Source: Tubiluchus corallicola
Lineage: Eukaryota; Animalia; Priapulida
DNA length: 40,540 nucleotides
Reading direction: 5' to 3'
NCBI GenBank assembly: GCA_030141605.1
Contig: JAQGDQ010001448.1
Span: 1-40,540 of the forward strand
The notes beneath the pieces were generated by a model. That model saw only the letters and a list, made by a program, of their open reading frames with translations. It did no database searches and had not been told where the DNA came from. Shown here piece by piece: positions 11,880-23,992 of this stretch; within the stretch, counting starts at the first letter, position 1; each line of letters opens with the position of its first letter. A program made the translations under genes and the position numbers.

Positions 11880-12660
11880 CATCTTTGGTAACTAAGAGAA
11901 CACTAAATTTTATCGAAACTGAAACTGAAACAGGTCTACTCAGAAAAATCTTAAAGATAAAGTGGTCATATATCATTTCAAATACGCAACTGTATAACAG
12001 AGCCAAATAAGAACATTGGAGCACCAAAATCAGAATTAGAACACTAAAATGGGTAGAACATTTAATGAGATTACCAGAAATAACACCAGTAAGATTAGCA
12101 TTAAACATTGGAGCACTAAAATCAGAATCAGAAGACTAAGATGGGTAGGACGTTTAATGAGATTGCCAGAAACAATACCAGTAAGATTAGCGTTAAATAT
12201 TGGAGCACTAAAATCAGAATCAGAAGTGTAAGATGGGTAGGACATTTAATGAGATTGCCAGAAACAACACCAGTAAGATTAACATTAAACATTGGAGCAC
12301 TAAAATCAGAATCAGAAGACTAAGATGGGTAGGACATTTAATGAGATTGCCAGAAACAACACCAGTAAGATTAGCATTAAACATTGGAGCACTAAAATCA
12401 GAATCAGAAGACTAAGATGGGTAGGACATTTAATGAGATTGCCAGAAACAACACCAGTAAGATTAGCATTAAACATTGGAGCACTAAAATCAGAATCAGA
12501 AGACTAAGATGGGTAGAACATTAAATGAGATTACCAGAAACAACACCAGTAAGATTAGCATTAAACTTCGCAAATGTACCTTGCCTGTACACTCAACGTC
12601 TACAATAAATGTTTAGAGCAACAGAAGAAGAGAAGAAGAAGAAGAAGAAGAAGAAGAAAG
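11880..12660 (+). mobile_element. Degenerate RTE-like non-LTR retrotransposon 3' fragment with internal 92-bp tandem amplification (~6 units, ~12010-12565) and a downstream (GAA)n tract
   Basis: LLRKILKIKWSYIISNTQLYNRAK*EHWSTKIRIRRLRWVGHLMRLPETTPVRLAL resembles the post-RT region of RTE-clade ORF2 (LR.IL.I.W...SN..LY...IR.RRLRW.GH..R). In-frame stop present. (GAA)n at ~12624-12659 may be the tail. Confidence 0.75.
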
Positions 12661-13794
12661 CATGACTGTTGTTATGACATCAACAGATCAGTGAACAGTG
12701 GCATCAGCATTGTGTTGTCAAGGATTAATATAATAATATATGGTAACTAAGAATACTCTATTTTGTTAATAGTTTTTTTAAATGAGGTTGTGCATCCTAT
12801 TTTCATAACAAAACGCAGATTAATACTGGTTAACTCCATCAGGACTTCACCATTTAAAATAGGTCTTACAAGACCTATGACTTTTCTACTACTATATGAG
12901 CACAGGCATAACTAAATGATTACAAATTAAGTACTGTTCTATTCAGGAGAATCACAGCTATCCAATCATGTTATTTCGTTTAAACATTTATAATACGGTT
13001 GAATTATATATAATTTACATAGCATGATTATACAGTAGTGCAATTATAGTGCACAGTAAAAAACAACAACAGAGAAACAACGTTGAAAAAGATCGTCTAC
13101 TATAATATGTGATGTTTTCATTATTTTAAGCAAAAAATCAATATAATATATATTGATGCCCAATGCCCAATATAAGGCAATGCAGTTAGACGCTTTATTA
13201 GTGATAGGCTTTTGTTACAGGTAAGGCATTATTCGGATCTGTAAAGAACAGGATAATCGCATCGAGCTGCAAGTACATTACAAAGTTATTACAGATCTTA
13301 CCAAAAGTTTGAACAGTTTAAACATTAGAATAAAAATTATGCAAAGTTACACTTTTTGACATCAATTATTTCATGAATGAGCACTGCGTTTTGTTATAGT
13401 TAAGAGCTAACATGATAAATAATTATTGATTGCTCCTTTAACTAATAGATGATATCTTTTATTACTACATGTTATTACATGTTGAAATTGTTTTTACCAT
13501 CTTCACTCCTAGCTTGTTTAACTAGAAAGTGACAGCAAAATTAGTCCTTAAAACACAAGAAAACTCTCCGCTTACACAAAGCTTCCAAATTTTGTCTTGA
13601 AAATTTTTAATATTTACATAATGTCTTTTTGCAAACAAGGGTGCTTGCGTCGGTAGTAACTCTGTATAAAACATTGCTAGACGCAGCCATTTTGAGGATA
13701 AATCATTTCAAATAAGTTTAGATAACACAGAGTAAATTTTGAAGAAAAAATCAGAGCATTCGTAACGCACACGTCACTAACTAAGTAAAATTTT

Positions 13795-14147
13795 AGTGCA
13801 GGAAAAACGGCATAGGGAAAAATAGTGCAGGGAAAAATAGTGCCGGGAAAAATGGTGTAGGGAAAAATGGCACTGGGAAGAATAGTGCAGGGAAAATTGG
13901 CATGGGAAAATGGTACTGGGAAAAATGGTACAGGGAAAAATGGCGCAGGGAAAAACGGCGCAGGGAAAAATGGCGCAGGGAAAATGGCACAGGGAAAAAT
14001 GGTGCAGTGAATATTGTCACTGGAAAGAATAGTGCAGGGAAAATTTGCATGGGAAAATGTTACAGGGGAAAATGGTACAGGGAAAATTGGCACAAGAAAA
14101 ATGGTGCAGGGAAAATGGTGCAGGGAAAATGGTGCAGGGAAAAATGA
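13795..14147. repeat. ~17-18 bp minisatellite, mirror of 9297-9650
   Basis: GTGCAGGGAAAAATG-like tandem units. Confidence 0.93.
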
Positions 14148-15265
14148 CACACATGGAAAGTAGTAGAAATGTAACTCATGCTATTTAGATGAAATTGATT
14201 TTTATAATAAAGTTAGAATGCGCTCAGTAGAAAGCAAACTGCAAAAGCCAAAATTCTAAATTTATTCGTCTAATTTTTTTATTAAAAAAATTAACACGAA
14301 GGTGAACAAGCAAACATGGAAAAATGTACCTGTACTGGTATTATACAGACTAACAAAGGATTGGCAAAATAAACTTACAATCAATAATGTACGAATGTTC
14401 CACATAGTGTTTATCTACTTTTTCAACCATTAATTTTGGTGATAGTAACAGACTGACAAATATACGTATTTACATATCAAATCACCTTATAAGGCTATAT
14501 GCACATTAACAAGCAAAAATTATAGACAGCGTTTCCAAGTGACAATTTCTCGAAATGGAACTGGAACTAACTCGTGGTTGTCTGACCAGGTGAACATAAC
14601 AAAAATATCTGCTAAGCACTCCCCTGAGATCTCCACAACGTTTCTTCACGAATGCTTTTTGTAAGTGTTGTTCGACCAAGTTTTTGGAGAAAAAGAACCA
14701 ACGAAAAGATTTTTATTTGAGGACCCTATACCCGCCTTTTCTTGGAAATCTGTTAGAAATTTTTTTGAGTAATACTGCCATAACAAACAAAAAAACAATC
14801 AAACAAACAAACCGACAAACAAACAAACTGTGTTAAAGTATAACTTCTTTGGCAGAGGTAAATATAATTATCCACCACCGTAACCCTAACCCTAGGCATA
14901 TATTTACTAAAGGTGTCATTTTGACCTATGTTTATATTTGTACTATTTTTTCCTGTGCCGTTTTTACCTACATTGCTTTTTTACTGGACTGCCGTTGGAT
15001 GGCGCAGCGTGTCACGTGTTCGAATGCTGCAGGCATAGTTAACAGTCTGGCATTAATGGTATTTTAAATTACAAAGTTCTAAATTTACTTTGGAACGGCA
15101 TGAGTTCACCAGGCAACAATGCTGTGACAAGGACAGTCATGGAAACAATAGAGCAAAAGCAATAGAGCAAATAGAACATAAATTTCTATGTTATCTAACG
15201 CATAAGAAGAGACGGGAAGACAGGCTTAAAACAAGTGACTTTTAGCCACAGTCAACAAATTTGAT

Positions 15266-15534
15266 AATGAATACTGCCGTAGTTGCCAATGAATACTGCC
15301 GTAGTTGCCAATGAATGCTGCCGTAGTTGCCAATGAATACTGCTGTAGTTGCCAATGAATAATGCTGTAGTTGCCAATGAATACTGCTGTAGTTGCCAAT
15401 GAATACTGCCACAGTTGCCAATGAATACTGCCGTAGTTGCCAATGAATACTGCCACAGTTGCCAATGAATACTGCCGTAGTTGCCAATGAATACTGCCGT
15501 AGTTGCCAATGAATACTGCCGTAGTTGCCAATGA
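15266..15534. repeat. 22-bp minisatellite x12, mirror of 7885-8153
   Basis: AATGAATACTGCCGTAGTTGCC units. Units 8-10 from the gene differ from the left arm. Confidence 0.97.
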
Positions 15535-15561
15535 GAGGACAACACACGTTGATTGAGTAAG

Positions 15562-18063
15562 ATGGAATGCAAATTGTTTGAAGCACTGTTCTTACTTTTT
15601 GCAATTTTGAGATTCAGCGTAGGTTGGTGGTACGTATTCACGCAATTGTCAGGAGGCACGCCACCTCTAAAAGCATGTCACAATTCACCGACTTCGTCAT
15701 ATGAATTGACAGTCTCGGAAGTATTCTTTCAGACAGGAAACAGAATACGTTTGGGGATTCATGACTACCAATATCATTCTACCATTAACTATGGACTTGC
15801 TTACCTTAGAACAATAAACGGCATCCCCAATGACCACTCCTTGTTTATGACAGGACATGACAACCCGGGGAATGAAGTAACACCGGGTCCTTATTTAAAG
15901 TACACGCGTCGTGGAACAATTGGTGATTATCTGTTAAACAAAAAAAGAGATCAACTTCAACAGGAAAAACCCAAACTTTTATTGAAGTTTAGATGCATGA
16001 GCTGCTTTAAAGAGCATGGCTACTGGGGAACGTACTATGAATGTGACCGCAGTAAAAAAAGCAGGTGGAGTGACTTCATGCTTACCCTCGTAATAAAGCC
16101 TATAGACGACCGATATGATCCTGTATTAGACTCCCACGCCACCACAATGCATCTTCCTGAAAACGCTCTAATTGGCTCACAATTGTGGGAATTTCATGCC
16201 GAAGACCCAGACCGATTTAAATATGCACGCGATTTTAAGATATGCCTCGGCTCACTTGTGAACCACGTTGGCAGTTTTAACTGCACCAGACAGGAATATT
16301 TTCAAGGTAAAACTATAGAAAAGGATTTCAATTCTTATCAACCAACAAAGAAACTTGACTTTTGTGTTTATCTGAATAAGAAAGTACACTACAAGACCAC
16401 AGAGCCTCTGGTGGTAAATCTTTGGTTGATACCCAATACTAAGTTCAAGGCACCACCGATTGATGGGAATACTCCTCCAGCTAAAAGACAGAACAGAAAA
16501 TATAGTTTTAATGTTATTATAGAAAATACAAATAACGAAAATCCTAAATTTTCTTACAATATGTATCAGGTCGAGGTGTATAAAGAAGATTTTAGTACAC
16601 CACTGAAAGTTGAACCAGCAAAGATTGAAGCCAATGACAAAGATGGACTAGGAAATGTTGTGTTTTTCTCTTTTCCGTATCCAAGCCAAATAGAAAACAA
16701 ATTTAAAATAAATGAAGCAAATGGTGAAATTACCATTGCTGGGAATCTCCCTCCATCAGTTATTTACCACACTCTTGTTCAAGCAACAGAACGTGATGAT
16801 GCTGCACATTATGACAGAGCACTCTTATCTGTTGAAATCAGACAAAATTCTGTAAAGTTCAAAAAAGAAAGTTTTTCAGTCGATGTGTTTGATCACGAAC
16901 GTGATGACACAATGATATTATTTGTGCCTGCTCTTATTGGTAATTCAGAAATGCCTCTCATCTATTCATTAGCAAATCCAAAGCAGGACGTGGCAGTAAA
17001 TGACTTTAGTTTAATCGTAAATAAACTGCAAAATGCAAGTACATCAATCTTAAGTCTGGTTATAGATTCAAAGCTAAGTGAAGGTATTAAGGATCGCTAC
17101 GAACTTGCTGTATTGGTTCACAATACTGAAACATGGCGGATAGTAGGAACTGTTGATGTTACTGTTGATGTGAGAAATGCGGCACTGAAAAGTCCCAAGT
17201 TTGTTCAAAATTCCTACGTGTTCAACAGTACAGAAGTTGCTGATTCATATATTGGTCAAGTTCACGCAACGTTTGAAACTCACAATAATGCGCAGATATT
17301 ATACTCAATTCTAAGCTACAAAAATGTCGCTCGAATTAACTCCGAAGGAAAGATTACCCTGACTGTAGACGCAAAAAGAAAAATGGCGATTGGCTTAAGT
17401 GCTTGCATAGCTGGATCAGATAGCAAAAATCGATGTGGTTATGCTAAAGCAATAATTACATCACCGACTAAAGGAGACGCATCATCGACTGATCCACACC
17501 TGCTACTGTCAAACACACAAAGTGTTTCTTCTGGAGTTGTACTATTGATTCTAGTTATTGTGATATTGTTCGGTGTAATAATTGCATTATTGATTTATCT
17601 GAACAGAAAAAGAAAGTTGGACATTAGCACTAGTTTTGGTGACTTGACAGAAAAGGAAGGTGTAGCAAACGACGCTTCTGCCAAGGGTGAAAAAGCGGAG
17701 ACGGAGGCTGAAATAATTGCTGATTCAATTAATGAAGAAGAAATAGAAGAGTTTGCTGATACTGGTTTTACTACAAATGAAAATGTGTTGAAAAGATATG
17801 AAAAAGAAGATGGTGTGGAAACAGAAGATGAGTCACAAAAAAGAAGTGATGCAGAAAAGCATACCGATATTGAAGCTACTACTGTAAAAGCAGATGAAGC
17901 AAAAGAGCATGCTGAAACAAAGAGTGATTCAATAAAAAGAAAAAAGGCAGACGTTGAGGTTACTTCTGTAGAGGAAGAAGAGATGGAAGATTATCATTCA
18001 GGAAGTATTTTGGCAGAAACACTTGAAACGGTGTCAGGCAGTCTCAATGGAGGAAAGAATTAG
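15562..18063 (+). CDS. Intronless cadherin-like single-pass membrane protein, 833 aa (copy 2)
   Basis: Same protein as copy 1 except one T>A change in the signal peptide (LFETLF vs LFEALF). AATAAA at 18189-18194. Confidence 0.9.
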   Translation: MECKLFEALFLLFAILRFSVGWWYVFTQLSGGTPPLKACHNSPTSSYELTVSEVFFQTGNRIRLGIHDYQYHSTINYGLAYLRTINGIPNDHSLFMTGHDNPGNEVTPGPYLKYTRRGTIGDYLLNKKRDQLQQEKPKLLLKFRCMSCFKEHGYWGTYYECDRSKKSRWSDFMLTLVIKPIDDRYDPVLDSHATTMHLPENALIGSQLWEFHAEDPDRFKYARDFKICLGSLVNHVGSFNCTRQEYFQGKTIEKDFNSYQPTKKLDFCVYLNKKVHYKTTEPLVVNLWLIPNTKFKAPPIDGNTPPAKRQNRKYSFNVIIENTNNENPKFSYNMYQVEVYKEDFSTPLKVEPAKIEANDKDGLGNVVFFSFPYPSQIENKFKINEANGEITIAGNLPPSVIYHTLVQATERDDAAHYDRALLSVEIRQNSVKFKKESFSVDVFDHERDDTMILFVPALIGNSEMPLIYSLANPKQDVAVNDFSLIVNKLQNASTSILSLVIDSKLSEGIKDRYELAVLVHNTETWRIVGTVDVTVDVRNAALKSPKFVQNSYVFNSTEVADSYIGQVHATFETHNNAQILYSILSYKNVARINSEGKITLTVDAKRKMAIGLSACIAGSDSKNRCGYAKAIITSPTKGDASSTDPHLLLSNTQSVSSGVVLLILVIVILFGVIIALLIYLNRKRKLDISTSFGDLTEKEGVANDASAKGEKAETEAEIIADSINEEEIEEFADTGFTTNENVLKRYEKEDGVETEDESQKRSDAEKHTDIEATTVKADEAKEHAETKSDSIKRKKADVEVTSVEEEEMEDYHSGSILAETLETVSGSLNGGKN

Positions 18064-19726
18064 TTGTTATTAAAAGTATAAATCAATGGAACAGAAAACA
18101 TTTGTTTCACTGTCTTAGATCGCTTTGTTTCCATCAGTTTTTTGAAACATGCTTTAATTCCTTTTCAGGTATTATTTTTATTTTTAAAAATAAATTTGCA
18201 TTGTTTTGCCTAAGTTCTTTTTTTGCTGCACTAGATGTTGTGTAAGTTACATTCAGTGAAATTTAACAGGCCTCTCACTTCTGACTAAAGCGTGAGAAAT
18301 AGACATCCATCACATCGTACCCAAATGTTTTGGCAATGAAAGAAACGTTTTCTGCCTACTGATGTGATCTAATGGGAAACTGCATGAAATGAACTAACGT
18401 TACACACTATTGTGGGCGCCAGGGGGTGCAGGTTTGTGAAGACTGCAGAGAAGTCAACCTACAGGCGCTGCATACCTACAAAGAACTACACACAAGAGCA
18501 AAAAGACAAGAGCCTATAGGTAATAGTAAAAACTATACTGTACATTACTCACTATAAAAAGAGCTGCACGAACGTTAGAAAATTCAGCCCACGGTGACAA
18601 GGGACACCGACAAAGATGCCCTAAATTTCATGAACACTACGTTTATACTTGCTATGCGCATGCGCAAAGCTAGACAACACATGAAAAAGTTAAAGAAGCC
18701 CGTAACACAGCGCTCTTCTTAGTCGCTACTTGTCAAGAAATGGTATTCTTTCTTCCAAAGGAGGTAGCAAAACGATGATGTAGTCCCTGAATTCAACTTT
18801 TTCTATTGGTTAGAGAAATACGAAAACTGGCCTTTCTTTATTTTACAGTTAAACTTGTTTGTTACGTAAACTCTGAATGTTCAACAGCGAATGTTCTTGT
18901 CGCATATTGTAGCGAGTACGCGATTGTGGTATTATGTTATCCATTTAATTGTCAGTCTACTACACTAAAGTACTGATTTAGTCTATGCTGCCATCTACAC
19001 TCTAATTGTACAAAGTTTGTCAGAGAGTGATTTTTTGTTTCTAAATATTGTTTCCTTTTGCTTTTAGAAATAGTCATTAATTAGAGTAATTAGGTTGTTA
19101 ATTTCATGCTTTAATTCTGGTTCTAACTCTCTTATTCAAATTTAAATAGAGAAAAATTATAACATTATAACACAGCTTTCTGTAAACCAATAATCTTTAT
19201 TCTGCTAACAAAGAAGCCAAGTAGACTTTGATTTTGGTTTAACTAGTAGTCTGTAGAGTATATGTGACCTTTCCATTTATGGTCTGTATGCATGAATTTA
19301 ATGTACCTTCCAATAGGAACTTGTATGTCTGGTCATGTGATTAGAGCTTTATTCTCTCAGGCATGCAAGTTCCAGTTGATCAAAAGACAGCAATGTTAAA
19401 GGTTATGCTTTTCAGTGCAAGGTTTTCTCAATAAATCGTTGGTTGCTTTTATGCCACTGTGTGTGGAGAGAATTTTTATGATTGGAAATTTCTACAGTTC
19501 TCGTTACAAAATCATTTGAAATATTAAATAGAACAAAATTCACATTTACAATTCGACCTTAATCATCAACAAAAATCAATAATCAATCAACTGGTGAAAT
19601 GATCAACAAAAATGACTTATCGAGTGATATATTAGCATTATATAAAGGTGTTTTTATCAATAGTAAAAGTCCAGAAGAAACACTTCACAGTAGCAGTTTA
19701 GGATCAGTCCACGTTGAGTTACCCTG

Positions 19727-19973
19727 AGTCGGTGACGTAATTATTGCTTCAGCATAATCACATCGGATTTTGCACTTTGATTTTCGCCATTTTTCCTTTT
19801 ACATCTACAATCAGGGAGATCTTTCCTTCGGAGTTAATTTGGACGACATTTTTGTAGCTTAGAACTGAGTGTAATATCTGAGCATTATTGTGAGTTTCAA
19901 ACGTTGCTTGAACTTGACCAATAAATGATCCAGCGATTCCTTTACTGTTGAACACGTACGCATTTTGAACAAA
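19727..19973 (-). pseudogene. Diverged cadherin-like gene fragment, mirror of 3444-3690
   Basis: ORF 19758..19955 is near-identical to 3462..3659 and homologous to ~17200-17469. Confidence 0.92.
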
Positions 19974-19981
19974 AATGACTG

Positions 19982-20685
19982 AATTAACACGCTAGAAACA
20001 GTTGTTAAAAAATGACAAAATTCCCTACACGCTACAAACAGTTGCTAAAAAATGACAGAATTACCAACACGCTACAAACAGTTGTTAAAAAATGACAAAA
20101 TTCCCTACACGCTACAAACAGTTGTTCAAAAATGACAGAATTACCAACACGCTACAAACAGTTGTTAAGGAATGAGTAAAATTCTTAACACGCTACAAAC
20201 AGTTTTTAAAAATAACAGAATTACCAACACGCTACAAACAGTTATTAAGGAATGAGTAAAATTCCTAACACGCTAGAAACAGTTGTTAAGGAATGAGCAA
20301 ATTTACCAACACGCTACAAGCAGTTGTTAAGGAGTGAGCAAAATTACCAATACGCTACAAACAGTTGCTAAAAAATGACAAAATTCCCTACACGCTACAA
20401 ACAGTTTTTAAAAAATGACAAAATTACCAACACGCTACAAACAGTTTTTAAAAAATGACAAAATTACCAACACGCCACAAACAGTTGTTAAGGAATGAGT
20501 AAAATTCCTAACACGCAACAAACAGTTTTTTAAAATGACAAAATTACCAACACGCCACAAACAGTTGTTAAGGAATGAGTAAAATTCCTAACACGCTACA
20601 AGCAGTTGTTAATTAGTGAGCAAATTTACCAACACGCTACAAACACGTATTGAGGAATGAGCAAATTTACCAACACGCTACAAAC
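19982..20685. repeat. ~40-41 bp minisatellite, mirror of 2733-3435
   Basis: AACACGCTACAAACAGTT tandem units. Confidence 0.95.
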
Positions 20686-23086
20686 AAAACGTAAAATGTA
20701 TTCACTATTACATAATTAATGTAACGTAAAATGTATTCACTATATACCTAGTTATTAGAAATTTTATTTCAAATTTGTTTGTCTTGATTTTACAATAGAT
20801 TATTATTTTGAAAGACTGTTATAAAAATATTTATTAAATTATTGCGTGTCTTATTCTTAAATTGGAAATACACATAAAAATTTAAAATTGTAAATTAATC
20901 AGACTGTGTTTGTGTTGACAGGACAATGTTGAAGTTCGCGTTGCTAGAATTTTCAATACATTTGGACCGAGAATGCACATGAACGACGGTCGTGTTGTCA
21001 GTAACTTCATGCTACAGAGCTTACAAAACGAACCATTGACAGTGAGTAGTAAATAATTACACTAACTGAACACTTAGGTAATGAACGTTTAAAGCTTAAT
21101 TAGGCAGTACTAATGAGTGTTCGCACTAGCCTCCAATTCCACGTACTTCACTAGCTGCAGTAGGCCAACTGCGTAGTAAAAGACTACAGCAGCAGCTGAC
21201 GGCCCCTACCGGGTGTTTTTTGAATCTGATTCTATCAACCGTGAGTTTAATAAAAACGGCGCCTACTGTACTTGAATAGAATGTAAAATTGCATTGTAAA
21301 AATAGCTGGTCAAGGTGGCTCTACCACTAGGCAAACAGGGAGTTGCATAGGACACCAAATTCTGGAAGTAATTCTTTAATTCATAAGTTTACTGTAAGTA
21401 CTTTAACAACATAATGTATGTTCCTATTAAAATGCTTGATTCATCTACGCTCGATAGATGAATTCCCGCAACTTTTGTACTTTAGTTTTTTTTCTGATTT
21501 CCTAGCATTACGTCATTTCACTGAGACACTGTTACCTTGCTTTAACCCGCTGTTTCTACTGTATGCATATATCGACAAAGCTAAGGCAAGGAGGTGTTTA
21601 TAGTAATCTTATTACTGTTAATAAAAAGTTTCTTACAACAACATTTTATCGAATTATGGCAGATAATTAAACTCATAGGAATCGGAATCTTTAAGAGCGG
21701 AATGCAGGAAACGAAAGGTAAAAAAGCTCGTGAGTGACGATAAAAGAAAAAAAAATCTGTAATGAAGTATTTGTAACCAGACCAGAGTTATGATTAAGAA
21801 AAACATGATAATAGTGAAAAGGAGGTTAAATTTCCAAAAATTTCTGATGAAGGCTGAGAGAAAATTTTGTCAAAAGTAGCAGAAATTCGACGTAAATTTG
21901 ACTTAAATTTTACGCCAGTTAAGAATGCAGAGACCGTCCGCTGCACTTTTGGTGACTTTGATCTACTATTCCCATATTCAAAATTTGAAGGTGATTTCAA
22001 GAGTTATTTACATTTGAGCTGCTAAGTTTTGTTTAAATTAAGATAATGCACAACGAAATTTATCGCTTTTAGCTCATGATATGGCCTTTTCGACTGATTG
22101 ACTCACTGAAAAGAAGGTGCATTATTTATGTAAGATAGTAAGACTTTGATGTAGGTCCATTTTTGTAGGTCTGCTCAGATAATTAATGCGCTTAGTCTTG
22201 TTTTAGTAACAGCATAGTACCTGTTTAACCACGGGTTGCTTCCATATGGATGCTTTCTTTGTTTTGACTTTTTCTCAAGCAATAATCACTCACGTTTTGC
22301 AAAAGGTTGAAATTTTTTACCTGCATCATATGTTGCATTTTGTCGGGTATTTTGGTGATTACAGTTGCTGATTTCAACTTGCACAATTATTTATGTTCAT
22401 TAAACTGAGCTATGATTTCTTTCATGCAGTATCCATTATAAAACTTTGAATCTAATATTCTTATCATCTTTAAATTTTTAAATACAGCCTGAAATATTTG
22501 TATGCCTAAAAACAGCTCAATGTTCCAATTGCAAACGAATTTCAAACTTTTAAGTTCATGCACTGAGCGGCTGCTTTTAATCGGTTTTTGTTTTTTGTTT
22601 TTTTACTAACAGTATTTTGAAAAAGTGTTGATTAAGCACCATTAGAATCACTTGTTCCGCATTTACGAAGTCTTAAACTCATGAAAATATGCATTATGGC
22701 TGTGGCTAAAAGGCAGCGTGAGCTGAGCAAGTGTTTTGCTTGTTACATCTGACTGTGATCCTGAGTGTGTGCATCCAAGAATTAATTATTGTTAGTTGGG
22801 CATTGTTTTTAGTTGCATTAGTATTTCCAAAAATGATTTGTGAAATCAATAAACCTAAATTAAAACAACTGTATCTGTTAATGATATATATTAAGAAGAA
22901 CGAAGGGCGCTGAGTAGATCCTTGTAGTAGCCTGCAATTTATATCTGTACTTGAGAATAACTACTATTGATGAAAGTAACTCGATCTATATCTGCAAACA
23001 TGATTTAATAAGTTGCAGTTGTTATTGTTATGTACAGAAAGCCTTCGCTATTTCGTTCATGTTCCAAAGTCGTTTATTCTAAAGAG

Positions 23087-23576
<490 letters not shown>

Positions 23577-23992
23577 CTAAAGAGAATAATAAAGAGAACA
23601 TTAACAAGTAAGAAAATAAATAAAATGATAAACAGAAGCTTAGTAATTACGAAGAAGTCAAGTTATTATTAACTCAACTTAACTCCATGTTTTGCTTAAC
23701 TTAAAATAACTTAAAGTAACTTAAATACATTTACAAAACGTGTAACAGAGTTAAAAAGCGTATCAGAATATATTTTACCCAACAATGTTGATATGTTCAT
23801 AACAATAACGACGGTATTTTAAAATATTATTAAATGAATTCTAATTAGTGAATGTAATCTTTAACTACTACTTGAAATAAAATTTCAGTCTTATTTGCAA
23901 CAGCGTAAATGTTTCGGCTTACGATTGATGTGACCTGTCGCACAACACATTTTAGACTGCGTTTTGTAAATTTGTGTAGGTGTGTGAGTTAC

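Noticed and set aside
10942-12507. Series of 60-aa near-identical ORFs resembling a peptide gene array
   Set aside because: Products of the 92-bp LINE-derived tandem repeat; each spans two units in shifting frames.
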